DNA of 64,000 nt from Candidatus Poribacteria bacterium (GTDB taxonomy: Bacteria; Poribacteria; WGA-4E; WGA-3G). The stretch covers positions 864,001 through 928,000 of the forward strand of contig OZ243938.1 in NCBI GenBank assembly GCA_965214095.1. The letters run 5' to 3'. Each line of letters starts with the position of its first letter. Position 1 is the stretch's first letter. Positions 30,201-41,866 of this stretch are shown in pieces. Below the pieces are notes generated by a model. That model had not been told where the DNA came from and did not search any database. It worked only from the letters and a program-made list of their open reading frames with translations. Both the position numbers and the translations under genes were made by a program.

Positions 30201-32096
30201 CTACTGTAGAGAGATGAGTTCCCACAGCAAAACGACCCCTCCACTGGCACTCGCGATTGTCCTACCATCCGGACTAAAAGTTACGGCTCCAACCGCACCC
30301 GGGTGTTCTCCAAAAGTCATAATTGATGCATGTGTGCCTACATCCCACAGACGAACGGTTTTATCCCAACTCGTGCTTGCTACCATTTTGCCATCCGGAC
30401 TGAACACAACACTATAAATAATACCTGTGTGCCCATTCATAATTCCAAGTTGATCTCCTGTATGTACATCCCACAAACGCACAGTGAAATCATCACCCGC
30501 ACTCACGATTGTCTCCCCATCTGGACTAATTGCAACACCGTTGATCACTTTTGTATGTCCTCTCATAGTTTGAAGGGGATTTCCTGTATGCACATCCCAT
30601 AAACGAACGATACTATCCCTTCCGCCACCTACGATCATTTTACCATCTGGACTGAAAACGATTTGGTTGAAACCTTCCTTCCCTCCTATAAAGGTTTGAA
30701 GTTGATTTCCTGTCTGAGCATCCCAAATACGAATGGTATGCCAATCCGCGCTTGCTAACTTCTTTCCATCCGGACTATACACGACATCTGCAAATCTGGT
30801 AATTGGGGGTCTGACTCTACTATCAGTCGGAATTAGACGATGGGTGCCTGTTTGTACATTCCATATAGGAAAGGAGTCATCGCCATTTGCAATTGCCAGG
30901 GTCTTTCCATCCGGACTGAACTTAACACTATGTACAAGATTAAGTACACTCTTAGTAGACCCTTTGAAGGTATGAAGAGACATGCCTGTTTGCACATCCC
31001 ATAGTTGAACATTTCCACTTCTACTCCCACATGCCAAGGTCTTTCCATCCGGACTGAACTCAATGCTATATATAGTATCCATGTGCCCGGTAATTGTCTT
31101 AAGAGTTGTGCCATTTTGCACATCCCATAGACGAATAGTTTCACCCCAACTGCTTCCACTCACCAGTGTCTTCCCATCCGGACTAAACACAATGACATTG
31201 ACCATACTACTATGTCCAGTCAACGTCCGAATAGATGTGCTGGTTTGTACATCCCATAGCCGTATAGTTTCATCATAGCTTCCACTTGCTAACATTTTAC
31301 CATCTGGACTAAATACAACATTTGAGATAAACTTTGTATGTCCCTTGAGTGTTGCAAGAGGTTCGCCAGTTCTTACCGTCCAAAGATGGATATTTTCGTC
31401 CAAGTAACATCCACTTGCTAATGTCTTCCCATCTGGACTAAATGATATACTTCTAACATCGCCATTATGTTCTCTCAATATCTGTAACGGTCTACCGGTT
31501 TGCACATCCCAAAGATGTACGGTCTTGTCCATGCCGCCACTTGCGATTATATTACCATCCGGACTAAATGATACACATCTGACTCCACCTATATGCCCTT
31601 TGAATGTTCGTAGAGATTTGCCGGTATGCGCATCCCACACCCGCACAGTTTCGTCATAGCTCCCACTTGCTAACTTTGAACCGTCAGTATTGAATACTAC
31701 GTTTGAGATATGTGCTGTGTGTCCTGTTAGTGTCTGAAGATGTGTCCCTGTGCGCGCATCCCAAATACGTATGGTCTTGTCACCACATCCACCAGCCAAC
31801 GTCTGTCCGTTTGGACTGAAGACGACACTACTGACGTAAGATGTGTGACCAGCGAATAGATTGAGTTCTTTCCCTGTCTGCGCGTCATAGATCCAAATAC
31901 CAATGCTTCCCGAGACCGCAAATATCTTCCCATCAGGATCAGGAGAGTATGCTATCCCATCTATTGTCCCCTTAGCAAGACGAGCTTCTGCACCTACAGG
32001 TAAATCCCAGTGTGTATAGTCCTGTGCGAATACGTTTGATATGAAAATGAGTAGTGCAAAACTGGTAATTGCAAGCAAATATAGTGTTCTTTTCAT
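30201..32096 (-). CDS. secreted WD40-repeat protein
   Basis: Signal peptide (MKR...VFA-QD), LPVGAEARLAKG motif and highly regular GH...FSPDG...WD repeats. Confidence 0.93.
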   Translation of the reverse strand: MKRTLYLLAITSFALLIFISNVFAQDYTHWDLPVGAEARLAKGTIDGIAYSPDPDGKIFAVSGSIGIWIYDAQTGKELNLFAGHTSYVSSVVFSPNGQTLAGGCGDKTIRIWDARTGTHLQTLTGHTAHISNVVFNTDGSKLASGSYDETVRVWDAHTGKSLRTFKGHIGGVRCVSFSPDGNIIASGGMDKTVHLWDVQTGRPLQILREHNGDVRSISFSPDGKTLASGCYLDENIHLWTVRTGEPLATLKGHTKFISNVVFSPDGKMLASGSYDETIRLWDVQTSTSIRTLTGHSSMVNVIVFSPDGKTLVSGSSWGETIRLWDVQNGTTLKTITGHMDTIYSIEFSPDGKTLACGSRSGNVQLWDVQTGMSLHTFKGSTKSVLNLVHSVKFSPDGKTLAIANGDDSFPIWNVQTGTHRLIPTDSRVRPPITRFADVVYSPDGKKLASADWHTIRIWDAQTGNQLQTFIGGKEGFNQIVFSPDGKMIVGGGRDSIVRLWDVHTGNPLQTMRGHTKVINGVAISPDGETIVSAGDDFTVRLWDVHTGDQLGIMNGHTGIIYSVVFSPDGKMVASTSWDKTVRLWDVGTHASIMTFGEHPGAVGAVTFSPDGRTIASASGGVVLLWELISLQ

Positions 32097-32299
32097 TGGA
32101 AAGTCTATCCTTGGTTATTATTTACGATTTTATAGAAACAGGTACAGGTAAAAGAAGTCAAGTCAAATGAAAGCATCTTGAAGTGTAATGAAAAATTAGT
32201 TGTATGGAAAGGAATAACGGCGAAAATACTATTTAAAATAAGATAATTGTAGAATGTATCTGTTTGAGTATAATTAAATCTGAGATGGGATAGACAGAA

Positions 32300-32839
32300 C
32301 TAAATTATATACCACATGCCAATCTCAGCAGTAATGATACCAAGAAGTGCACCTGCAAGAACATCTGTAGGATAGTGTACCCCAAGATAGACACGGGCAA
32401 CGCCTACCATTGATGCCCAAACAAACGCTCCAACTTGAATGACTGGCACCTGAAAGAAACTTGAAAGTAGAGTCATTATTAGAAATGCAGAGGTAGTGTG
32501 ACCTGATGGAAAACTAAACTCATCTGGGGGGCGAACGCGGAAATGAACATCATCAATTTTATTATAGGGTCGGTCGCGTTTCAATGATTGTTTTAGAAGA
32601 TGGTATAGACACCTTTCAATAGGAAATGCTACAAGGGCAGAAAACAAAAAGGGTTTACTCAGTGTGCTTTCAAAAGTCAAATAGATATATAAGACAATAA
32701 ATGGATATAGGTATCCATTTGCACTCCAAGATATTATCCGTAATGAACGATTAAGTAACCTTCTATCTCCCCAACCAAAGATACGGTTGAATAACACTGT
32801 ATCCCAACGGGTAACATTATTAGTAATTGCTTTTAACAT
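32300..32839 (-). CDS. PAP2-family membrane phosphatase
   Basis: KxxxxRxRP, SFPSGH and RVYLGVHYPTDVLAG motifs. Confidence 0.93.
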   Translation of the reverse strand: MLKAITNNVTRWDTVLFNRIFGWGDRRLLNRSLRIISWSANGYLYPFIVLYIYLTFESTLSKPFLFSALVAFPIERCLYHLLKQSLKRDRPYNKIDDVHFRVRPPDEFSFPSGHTTSAFLIMTLLSSFFQVPVIQVGAFVWASMVGVARVYLGVHYPTDVLAGALLGIITAEIGMWYII

Positions 32840-33260
32840 AGATTATTGATTCTTATATGCTTTATCAAAAGCATATTACATTTTCAGTCCATTCAACCAA
32901 GAAGTGTGGTTAAGGATGTTAATGTACCTTACCTCCCAAAACATTTCATTGTAAATCACCATGTGTAAAACGTCGTGATAACAAGCAAGTAAATATTATA
33001 CACTATACAAAGGTTTTTTTCAAGAATAATTCTCTGTCCTATTATCGGAGATTTAGACCACTACCTTAAACAAGATTGTGATAACAATATACCATTTCTA
33101 ATTAAGAATAGTTCATTATGAGGCTGAACAAACACCGGTTCGGTTAGGAAACCGAACCTACCGTCGTATGTAAATAATTATGATTTTGCTATAATTAGAA
33201 ATGATATAGCATACTACTAAGAGACTGGCTTCAGATGTGCAAATCGGTCTACTGTAAATA

Positions 33261-35702
33261 CTATTCAAATGTAGCGATGTTAAGTGGGAGGGTTGTTGAT
33301 CTACCTGCACCATCAATACATGTCAGTTCATGCTTTCCAACGACAGGTGTTAGGAAGGTAGGTTCAACAGCTTTTCCATTGAAGACAAGTTCTCCATTCA
33401 GGAACCAGAAGATGTCTTGCGTATCCCCTGAAACCGAAGCTGACAATCGTATTTTCTGATACTCCAGCGGAATGTTTGGACGGATATGATACACCGTATC
33501 TTGAGATGGTGACAGGATGATAGGCTTTGTTCCTGCAAGTAGGCGTGTGCAGTCTTCATTATGGTCAGGAAGTTTAGGTACTGCAAATCCGTTTACATTC
33601 AGCCATGTTGCCACCTCTGCGGGAAACACAGCGATTTTCTCTTGACGATAATTTCTCCCTGGACGGCAAGATGAGCAGAGACGTACACCTGTATCAACAT
33701 CTATTTGAACGGTTTTATGTGTATCGCACTCACGCGCAGAGGATATACCAGGAATATAAACATCTGTAATAGAATTTGGACAGTGTAAGGAGAGTGGTTG
33801 ACCTGTTAACGCACAGACGAAACGCGTTTTTAGTGTTTCCGGTCTGTTAAACCACTGGATTTTCTTTTCACCGGAAAGTGCAGTGAAGAGGGCGAAAAGG
33901 ACAGGCGCAGCTGCTTCAGCCCCACTCAGAATTGGAGCACCTGTTCCATTGAAATTCCCAAGCCACACACCAATAGTCAGTTCTGGTGAATAACCTATAC
34001 TCCATGCATCTCTGTGTCCATAGGATGTACCTGTTTTCCAAGCTACCTTCGGCATAGTTCCGGTCAGGTCAAATGTTCGTGGAAAATCGGGACGTTTTAG
34101 TGTTGTCAGCATATCTGTGACAATCCAACATGTTTCTGGTCTCAATAGATGTTGTTCAGAATAGTCTGAGGATAGATCAGGTGTTGCATTCTTTGTTTGT
34201 GTTTCGCCCTTTTTTGTATCATATATATATTGATATGGTGCAAACTCACCCATATTTGCCAAACCAGCATAAAGGTTCGTCAGTTCAAGTAGATTGATTC
34301 CACACCCACCGAGTACAAGAGATAGTCCGTACTCATCAGGCGCATTAAGTGTAGATATTCCCGCATATTTCAGGAATTCGTATAGTTGGTCCTTTTCCAT
34401 TTTCGCATATAAATTGACGGCTGGAACATTTAAAGATCGTGCCAGTGCATCACTTGCAGTTACATATCCTGTGAACTTACCATCATAATTCACAGGTGAG
34501 TAACCGACATAATCCACAGGGACATCATATAGTAATGTTTTTGGGGTTATATGTCCTTTATCAATGGCAAGCGCATAGATGAATGGTTTCAATGTTGAAC
34601 CTGGTGATCGTAGTGCAAGTGTGCCATTTACTTGTCCATCAGATTCTTTATCAAAAAAATCGTGCGAACCGACCAACGCAAGGACTTCACGACTTTTCGT
34701 ATCAAGAATTACGACTGCGCCAGTAGAAACACCTTGATCTTGTAGTGGACGCAAACGATCACGTAAAATCTGTTCAGCTACGTCTTGATATCGAAGGTCT
34801 ATTGTTGTGCGTATAAGGTTATCGCTGCTATTTTGTGCTGTATGGGAAGACTTTTTAGTTGCAAGGAGACGTGCCAGATGTGGTGCTTTGAAAGGAATAG
34901 AATAGCGTTCTGAGGGTATTGGTTCTTGTAATGCTTCTTGCAGACGCTTCTCAGATATTCTTCCCGCATCTTTCATCCGATGCAATACCTTTTTTCTTGC
35001 CTTAGTAGCACGTTCAGGAAACCTATCCGGACGCAGATATTCTGGTGAATTTGGAATTGCCGCCAATAGTGCAGCTTCTCCAAGGCTCAGCGCACTCTGC
35101 GGCTTGTTGAAATATAGTCGTGCGGCTGCACCTGAACCGACTATGTTCCCTCCGTAAGGAAGCATGTTAAAGTAGAATGTTAAAATCTCAGATTTTGAGT
35201 ATGTGAGTTCCAGTTGAAATGCCCGGAACATCTCTATCACCTTGTTAGGTAAGGTGCGTTTTTTCGGTTCCATCAATCTTGCTAATTGCATTGTAATTGT
35301 CGAACCACCACGAACAATCTTCCCTGCTTTAAAGTTGTCAATTGCAGCACAAGCGATTGAAACAGGATTAATACCCCAGTGGTGATAAAACCATTTGTCT
35401 TCATACGTTAACATTGCAGTTTGGAATAGTGGTGATATCTCATCAAGCGAAGATTCTGGAAAACGCCACATGTCATCTTCAGTAGTGAACGCACGTAACC
35501 ATTGACCTGACCTATCCAAGGCAATGGTTGATGGTGAAGGTTGGAGTTTTTCCTTTGGTAACGGAAAGCAAAAATGCAGGATTGTAAAGAAACAGAAAGG
35601 TGTTAGTATGAAAGCGAGTAGATACCATCTTTTCTTTCTATTTTTTACAAATTCTTGCAGAGATCTACGAAAATGTGGAATATTTAATTTTTTCAATTTC
35701 AT
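33261..35702 (-). CDS. pbpC: penicillin-binding protein 1C
   Basis: GT51 motifs (EDKWFY, GGSTITMQLAR), transpeptidase motifs STLK/SLN/KTG and a PBP1C-type C-terminus. It is adjacent to alpha-2-macroglobulin. Confidence 0.92.
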   Translation of the reverse strand: MKLKKLNIPHFRRSLQEFVKNRKKRWYLLAFILTPFCFFTILHFCFPLPKEKLQPSPSTIALDRSGQWLRAFTTEDDMWRFPESSLDEISPLFQTAMLTYEDKWFYHHWGINPVSIACAAIDNFKAGKIVRGGSTITMQLARLMEPKKRTLPNKVIEMFRAFQLELTYSKSEILTFYFNMLPYGGNIVGSGAAARLYFNKPQSALSLGEAALLAAIPNSPEYLRPDRFPERATKARKKVLHRMKDAGRISEKRLQEALQEPIPSERYSIPFKAPHLARLLATKKSSHTAQNSSDNLIRTTIDLRYQDVAEQILRDRLRPLQDQGVSTGAVVILDTKSREVLALVGSHDFFDKESDGQVNGTLALRSPGSTLKPFIYALAIDKGHITPKTLLYDVPVDYVGYSPVNYDGKFTGYVTASDALARSLNVPAVNLYAKMEKDQLYEFLKYAGISTLNAPDEYGLSLVLGGCGINLLELTNLYAGLANMGEFAPYQYIYDTKKGETQTKNATPDLSSDYSEQHLLRPETCWIVTDMLTTLKRPDFPRTFDLTGTMPKVAWKTGTSYGHRDAWSIGYSPELTIGVWLGNFNGTGAPILSGAEAAAPVLFALFTALSGEKKIQWFNRPETLKTRFVCALTGQPLSLHCPNSITDVYIPGISSARECDTHKTVQIDVDTGVRLCSSCRPGRNYRQEKIAVFPAEVATWLNVNGFAVPKLPDHNEDCTRLLAGTKPIILSPSQDTVYHIRPNIPLEYQKIRLSASVSGDTQDIFWFLNGELVFNGKAVEPTFLTPVVGKHELTCIDGAGRSTTLPLNIATFE

Positions 35703-35808
35703 CGTTTTGTAGAAATAGAAGAGAGGAGGGAAGAGGTGAAACCCTCCATCTCTTAGTTATTTGCCCTAAGAATTTGGACATAGCATGAATAAAAGATAGA
35801 ATAATGAA

Positions 35809-38800
35809 TTACTCAACTATCGTTATCTTACCACTACCAGCAACAGAAGAATTGGCAGGATCATACATTGCTTCTGCAGAAACAGGTGGCAAATTAAATT
35901 CACCACGAGTCACTGCACGTAGTGCGTAATGGAACTTACGTTCACGTTGTCTGGGAAACGCTCCGAAGAAAATTAGACGATCATCCCGGATATCAACATA
36001 ATCTGGTTTGAAATCTTGTGTTTTCAACCAAGGAATTCCTGCTCGTGAAGCTAATCTCGCATTTTCAATTTCAAACCCCGCAGGCAACATATCTACCACG
36101 ACAACATTTTCAAGGTTCCAATTTAATGCCTTCACCGTAATTTCTGCTATCACTAAATCACCATGATTAAATTCGGTTTCATAGGGTTCGCCATCTTTGT
36201 TGAGGTAACGGCGGCGAACTTGGATATCACGATCATATTCCTCAATAAAGGAATCTTGTCGGATACCGAATGCAGACCAATAGTAATAGCAACTGCCTTC
36301 GCCTTCTATTGCGATTTTCACTTGCGCGCCATCCCAATCTTTATTTGAAAATCGGATGGAAGGAGTCGTTGAATCAAAATCAGCAAGATGTGTATCATTG
36401 ACGGTTATTTTACCGGTATATTGACCATCCATTTTCTTCTTCATGATTTTTCCAATAGCGAGGAACGCAAACGCATTCTCTTGTGTAGTTCCCCAACGTT
36501 TTCTCTTTGATGCAGCGTCACTCAAGTTTTTGATCAACATAGGAATGGATGGGTGGTTTTCATTGACTTCAGCGAGAACATCCAATATGATTGCTTGTGC
36601 ACGAACCGGTGAGTTGAAATTGTTACCAGATTCTCTATTTCCACCGTTGAATTGTCCAACCGAAACAGGTAACATAGAAAGCGTAGTTTCTAAATCCCCA
36701 CTGAGTGCATAAGCTCCTGCTAATTGGAATTGGCTATAGAGATTAAGTCTACTAAGGAGATTATTCTTGAAGTAGTTCATCACACCTTTTTCCGGTTCGC
36801 CTGCAGCGGCTAACACATAGCATGCATAAACTGCACGTTCCACTTTGTGTTTATTTAATGATTCTGCAGAACCTTGATGGCTTGATATTTGTTTGGCTTG
36901 CTTCCTTAATCCTTCAAGCATGCCAGTATAAACACGATCAGAGACTTCATAACCTGCTTTACGTGCCTCTACCATAAAATGGGATGCGTAGATACTACTC
37001 CAGTAGTTTATGTAACTGCTACCAGGCCAATAAGCAAAGTGATTTTGTATCGTAAACATACTTTCAAGTCTGCTAATTCCAGCATTAATAAAGTAATCGA
37101 CCCGTTCATCAGAGGCAAATTCAGGTTCAACTGCACTTGCAATATCCTTGAAAGACAGTAATGGAAAGACTCGGCTTGAAGTCTGTTCAATACAACCGTA
37201 AGGATACTTCAACAGGTAACTAATCCCACCAGCGAACTCAATTGTGGGGAATGGAGATACAGTAAGGGTGAACTCAGAGGAATCGGTAATATAATTAGAT
37301 GGGAAGATTAACTCTCCGGGTTTCTCCGCACTGACTACGCCATTTCCTGTGTCTGTTACCGGTGGTGCAGCCGAACGTAATGGGAGTTCTACTGTCATTT
37401 GCGAACTTTCATTATTTCCAAATGCAGACACTGTAAAAGTTGCTTTATCTATAGAATCGTGAGCAAGGAGGTCAAATATGAATTGTTCCTCACCATCAGA
37501 TGGAATTTGTGCCTGTTTTTGAACAATATTCTGTCCCAGCATTTCGGATTCAGTGGTTCTCGGTAGGAAACGAACTTCACCTTGTGCTTTCACTTCTACG
37601 CTAAATACGCCATCCATACCTGTACCGTTATGAACACTTATGGGGAATTGAATACGATCCCCTCCAGATAAAAACCGTGGGAAAGTCGGTGTTAACACTA
37701 CAGGTTCGCGTACAGTCATAAACTTCTCAGCAGAACCGAAATGTGCCCCTGAAAATGCAACTGCCATCAGCCGTAAAGAACCGTTGAACTGTGGCACATG
37801 AAAAGTTGCTTCGCCTCTTCCGTATTGATCCGTTTTCAGGATACCTGACCAGAGCGAAACTGGTTTTACACGCATCACACTTGCGGTGTTAAGCCGTTTT
37901 GCCCGTCCTTGTGAAAGCATGCCATCCCCACCTGGGCTAGATTCATTCAGTATCGCATCGATTTCAGGTAGAATCGCAGAATACAGATCATACACATCTG
38001 TTTTGAGACCGCGTTGTCGGAAGAAATAATTGTGCGGATCGGGAGAGTCAAAGTTCGTTAGTTGTAGAATACCTTCATCAATGGCAGCAATAGTAACATG
38101 AGAATTTGCACCTTTATTTCCACGGACACGGAACTTGACAGCGACATCAGTATTTGGACGTATTTCTTCAGGCGCATCCAATTCAATAGCGAGTCGGTTC
38201 TGTTTCGTATCTATTTTCAATGGAACAACCCCGAAAGCTCTTGCAGTTGCATGTTCCTTCAAAGAGTCCGTAGGTCGAATCAATGTGCCAGATATGTATA
38301 TATTCGGTTTATAGTTATACTTGACAGGAATATTCAAACTTGCGGTATTCCCTTTGAGATTCACTGTTCGGTAACTTAATATCTTTTCCCGTTCAATTGT
38401 CAACAGTAGTTTTCCTGAGAATGGTGCTTTAATTTGAAGTTTGGCTATCTCTCCGAGTTGATAAGTTTGTTTATCCAAAGACATCTCAAGCAGACTCGGA
38501 TTCTTCATAGATGAAGGTGCAGAACCCCACCCGGAAGTTTCAACTTTTAATTCAGTTGTTGCCCCTGTGGCTGTATCGTCAAGTTGTATACGGTATTCGC
38601 CATATTCAGTTGGTGTAAAGGTGAATGTACCCATTTCCGTTGTAGAAATCAATTTGTGCGTTTCTAAAGAGGTCACTTGGTTATCAGAGATATACTCATA
38701 CCGACCTCGCCCGTTGCGACGAAGTATGCTGTTCCAATGCACTTTCTTGACTGTAATCAACAATTCTCTATCGGCTACAGCGTTTCCATTTTTGTCTACA

Positions 38801-41247
38801 GCAATATAGTTGATAGGAACATCTTCATTAGGCTTAGGTACCCCTGAACTTGCTCTTTTAATTCCAACATAATGTGAATATGGATGTATGATAACTCGAT
38901 GTGTGTCTGTTACCGCTCTACCTCCAGGTTCACTCACAGTAGCAGTGAGAACTCCATTCAACTGTGACGGTGCTTTAATCGTTGCTGACAGCTTAAATTT
39001 GTACTGTGCTTTTCCATCAGCATCGGTCTTACTCTCCTGCAAAGTAGTACGTTGTCTCTCAAAAGATTTGGTACTTGCAAAGTGGAAGGCTTTCCACTGT
39101 TCACTGGGAACAAATGGCACAGCTTCAATGGTATAGGCTGCAGTTACTTTGCGATCAGCTGCGGGTGGACCGAACAAACTGACAGCAGAAATATCCATTG
39201 TTACCTCAGATCCCAAGTCATACGTCGACTTGTCTGTGTTAACAGTGACTTTCATTCTGTCTGGCATAAATTCCTCAACTTGGAATTGTGTCCGTCCGAT
39301 TTCTTTACCAGCAACATGCATCTTAGCAATATAACTCCCTGTCTGTGCATGTGGAGCAATAGTAATTGTCGCGTCACATCCGCCCCGTCTGTCAGTATTT
39401 TTGCTTAATTCATGCACAATTCGACCATCAGGTGCGATAACTTCAATATACGTGGGAAGTGAGGGTGGTGTTGTATTTTGTTTTCCACGAACTATTGCTG
39501 CAAAATCTACTTTCTCTCCCGGACGATAGACACCCCGATTTGTGTAAATGAACGCATCATAACCTTTTTCAAGATATGGAGGTCCACCAACATTAAAATC
39601 ACCCGTAGAAAGTTGATGTCGATTCAATTGAATAAAAGACAAGTCCTCACCCTTTTCAGCGGTTAACATGAAGGGAGAAGCCTCTCCAATTTTTTCATCT
39701 ACGGATGTAAATTTGACTAATCCTTCCCAATTTGTTTTTCCAGTTAAAAGGGTTTGGTTATTGTCACTGATTAATTTTACTGTCGTATTGGAAATAGGTT
39801 TTAAGTTGGCAAGAGAATTTACCCATACCCAAAGTTCATCTCCTGCCTTCTTTGCAATGATACCAAGGTCTGTCAACAATACCCATTGTGTTGCACGTAC
39901 CCAACTCTTGTGAGTATCACTAATAGTAACTTTATATATGCCTATATTCTTGTCGTTAAGGTATTCTGCTAAATTGATGGTAGTATTAATCTCTTCGTTT
40001 AACTTAGCAGTGATAGAAATATTGTCAGAATGAATAGGTTTCGCTAAATCTTCTGCCCAATACCTCCAATTTCCTACACGTGAAACATAGATAAGGTTAT
40101 TGCTGAATACTTTCTCTATTCTCAAATTTACTTTATTTATATTAGTCGTAACCATACCGAGGTTCATATTCTGGTTACGAGTGAGAAAAAAGCCATTCCC
40201 CATAAAACGTAATTGTGCAGGAACATCTGGTATCCTAAGTCTTACAGAATAAGGTTTTCTCAACACAGAACTGTCAGGTGCGGTTAATCCTTGATCTACT
40301 GTAATTTGATACCGTTCACGTCTCTTAAAATCACCATGGATTTCAATTTCACCGTATCTGGTAATAATCTGAGTATCAATTTCCGGATTTATATTTATGT
40401 AGGGTTGCACTGTGTCAACAGGAATAGGAGAACTAAACCGAAGTGCGATATGCGGTCTTCCAGAATATTCCTGTACATTGGCGTAAGTTACACTTAGAGT
40501 GCCATGCCCTGTCAAAGACATTGATTTAACAAAAGATTCCTTTAAACCATTTTTTCCACCAGTGCATTTAAATCCTTTCTCAATTTGCACTTTAAGTATC
40601 TGATCACCTAATAAGCGTGGTATTTCTTCAGTTGAAATCTTTACTTCCCTTGCAATTCCATTTTGAGGCTGTAATGTGTACGGAATTTCAACATCTTCTT
40701 GCAGTCTCATAGTCATGTTTGCTCGTAAATCGGCAATATTGACTGGATAATTGAAGGTAATTTTACCATCAACTTTAGCGTGTGTCTTAGTATATTTGAA
40801 CTCAAGACGATTTGACTGGATGCGAAATTGTTCTGTTGCAAAGTTGAATTTACGATCTCCCGTTATGACAAAACCGAGAGAACTTTGGCGTAACTTGGGT
40901 GAGAGTTCTACTGTATAACTGGCGGATGGAGCTAAGGCACTTTCAAGAAAAAAACGAATAGTGTCACGAGCAATCCAACGTGCGGTGCCTTGCGCTGTAG
41001 GTGTAAACTGAATTGCCCGGTTAGGAACTTCAGTGTTAATTAATGAATTATCTACGACTGGTTCAGAAAAGGTAAATGTGAAATCAACCCACTGTGGCAC
41101 CTTTTCTCCTTCAGGTGTTATCATTTTGACAGTGACCCGTGTTTTTGCATCAGAAGTCGTCAAACTATGTATGTAAAGAGCACCAATAACCACTATGAAC
41201 AAAGAAAGTAACAGAACTGCTCCAATTAAAAACTTTTTGTTAATCAT
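35809..41247 (-). CDS. bacterial alpha-2-macroglobulin (YfhM-like)
   Basis: 1812 aa with TNRGVYRPGE, AAIDEGILQL, PRFLSGGD, the thioester motif YGCIEQ and the C-terminal AEAMYDP. Confidence 0.93.
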   Translation of the reverse strand: MINKKFLIGAVLLLSLFIVVIGALYIHSLTTSDAKTRVTVKMITPEGEKVPQWVDFTFTFSEPVVDNSLINTEVPNRAIQFTPTAQGTARWIARDTIRFFLESALAPSASYTVELSPKLRQSSLGFVITGDRKFNFATEQFRIQSNRLEFKYTKTHAKVDGKITFNYPVNIADLRANMTMRLQEDVEIPYTLQPQNGIAREVKISTEEIPRLLGDQILKVQIEKGFKCTGGKNGLKESFVKSMSLTGHGTLSVTYANVQEYSGRPHIALRFSSPIPVDTVQPYININPEIDTQIITRYGEIEIHGDFKRRERYQITVDQGLTAPDSSVLRKPYSVRLRIPDVPAQLRFMGNGFFLTRNQNMNLGMVTTNINKVNLRIEKVFSNNLIYVSRVGNWRYWAEDLAKPIHSDNISITAKLNEEINTTINLAEYLNDKNIGIYKVTISDTHKSWVRATQWVLLTDLGIIAKKAGDELWVWVNSLANLKPISNTTVKLISDNNQTLLTGKTNWEGLVKFTSVDEKIGEASPFMLTAEKGEDLSFIQLNRHQLSTGDFNVGGPPYLEKGYDAFIYTNRGVYRPGEKVDFAAIVRGKQNTTPPSLPTYIEVIAPDGRIVHELSKNTDRRGGCDATITIAPHAQTGSYIAKMHVAGKEIGRTQFQVEEFMPDRMKVTVNTDKSTYDLGSEVTMDISAVSLFGPPAADRKVTAAYTIEAVPFVPSEQWKAFHFASTKSFERQRTTLQESKTDADGKAQYKFKLSATIKAPSQLNGVLTATVSEPGGRAVTDTHRVIIHPYSHYVGIKRASSGVPKPNEDVPINYIAVDKNGNAVADRELLITVKKVHWNSILRRNGRGRYEYISDNQVTSLETHKLISTTEMGTFTFTPTEYGEYRIQLDDTATGATTELKVETSGWGSAPSSMKNPSLLEMSLDKQTYQLGEIAKLQIKAPFSGKLLLTIEREKILSYRTVNLKGNTASLNIPVKYNYKPNIYISGTLIRPTDSLKEHATARAFGVVPLKIDTKQNRLAIELDAPEEIRPNTDVAVKFRVRGNKGANSHVTIAAIDEGILQLTNFDSPDPHNYFFRQRGLKTDVYDLYSAILPEIDAILNESSPGGDGMLSQGRAKRLNTASVMRVKPVSLWSGILKTDQYGRGEATFHVPQFNGSLRLMAVAFSGAHFGSAEKFMTVREPVVLTPTFPRFLSGGDRIQFPISVHNGTGMDGVFSVEVKAQGEVRFLPRTTESEMLGQNIVQKQAQIPSDGEEQFIFDLLAHDSIDKATFTVSAFGNNESSQMTVELPLRSAAPPVTDTGNGVVSAEKPGELIFPSNYITDSSEFTLTVSPFPTIEFAGGISYLLKYPYGCIEQTSSRVFPLLSFKDIASAVEPEFASDERVDYFINAGISRLESMFTIQNHFAYWPGSSYINYWSSIYASHFMVEARKAGYEVSDRVYTGMLEGLRKQAKQISSHQGSAESLNKHKVERAVYACYVLAAAGEPEKGVMNYFKNNLLSRLNLYSQFQLAGAYALSGDLETTLSMLPVSVGQFNGGNRESGNNFNSPVRAQAIILDVLAEVNENHPSIPMLIKNLSDAASKRKRWGTTQENAFAFLAIGKIMKKKMDGQYTGKITVNDTHLADFDSTTPSIRFSNKDWDGAQVKIAIEGEGSCYYYWSAFGIRQDSFIEEYDRDIQVRRRYLNKDGEPYETEFNHGDLVIAEITVKALNWNLENVVVVDMLPAGFEIENARLASRAGIPWLKTQDFKPDYVDIRDDRLIFFGAFPRQRERKFHYALRAVTRGEFNLPPVSAEAMYDPANSSVAGSGKITIVE

Positions 41248-41328
41248 CGCTTTTCTCCTGAATCATACTCACGTCTTTAAATATATTTTCAATATATATT
41301 TAAATATATAACAGTGTAAACAAGATAT

Positions 41329-41471
41329 TATAGTAGATTTTGAAATTACTTGAACACTCTGCGTCGGCGAGGTTAGGAAACCTCGCCTACCGTGGGCCGA
41401 AAGTCGGTTAGGTTAGGAAACCTCGCCTACCGTGGGTCGAAAGTGTCAACTTATATTTATAATTCACTATA
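41329..41471. mobile_element. TATA-ended MITE with internally duplicated REP
   Basis: Matches 57998-58100 but with GGTTAGGAAACCTCGCCTACCGTGGG duplicated. Confidence 0.75.
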
Positions 41472-41866
41472 TTGTTAATGTTTTACTATTTTACTTGCAA
41501 AAATAACAGTCAATTTCTCTTTGGTCACCCTATGAGCAATATTCGTGCCAATTATTATTTTTTGTGTCAATATATTTGAAAAATTGTCTTCAGTAGATAT
41601 TCAGAAGGGAAATTTGAAGACAGTATATTAACACCTCAAACCACATTATAAGCAGATTTTATAGTAGATTGCCATATAAGGACATTAAAAAATGCAATAA
41701 AGTGGTCAAAATAAATAACACCGACTGCGTTTGGTTACAATCGGTGTGGAATCCTAATTTATGAATTCTATTACCAATTTAATGCTTGACCTGTCAGATG
41801 AAGGGAATATCTACCATGTGTTAAATAAACCACACCATTAAATCATTATCGTAATTTTCAGTCAGA

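Noticed and set aside
4832-31278. Numerous recurring antisense ORFs (PSGE../TSQ..-rich) opposite the WD40 genes
   Set aside because: They are reverse-frame shadows of FSPDG/WDV codons and recur only because the sense genes are duplicated.
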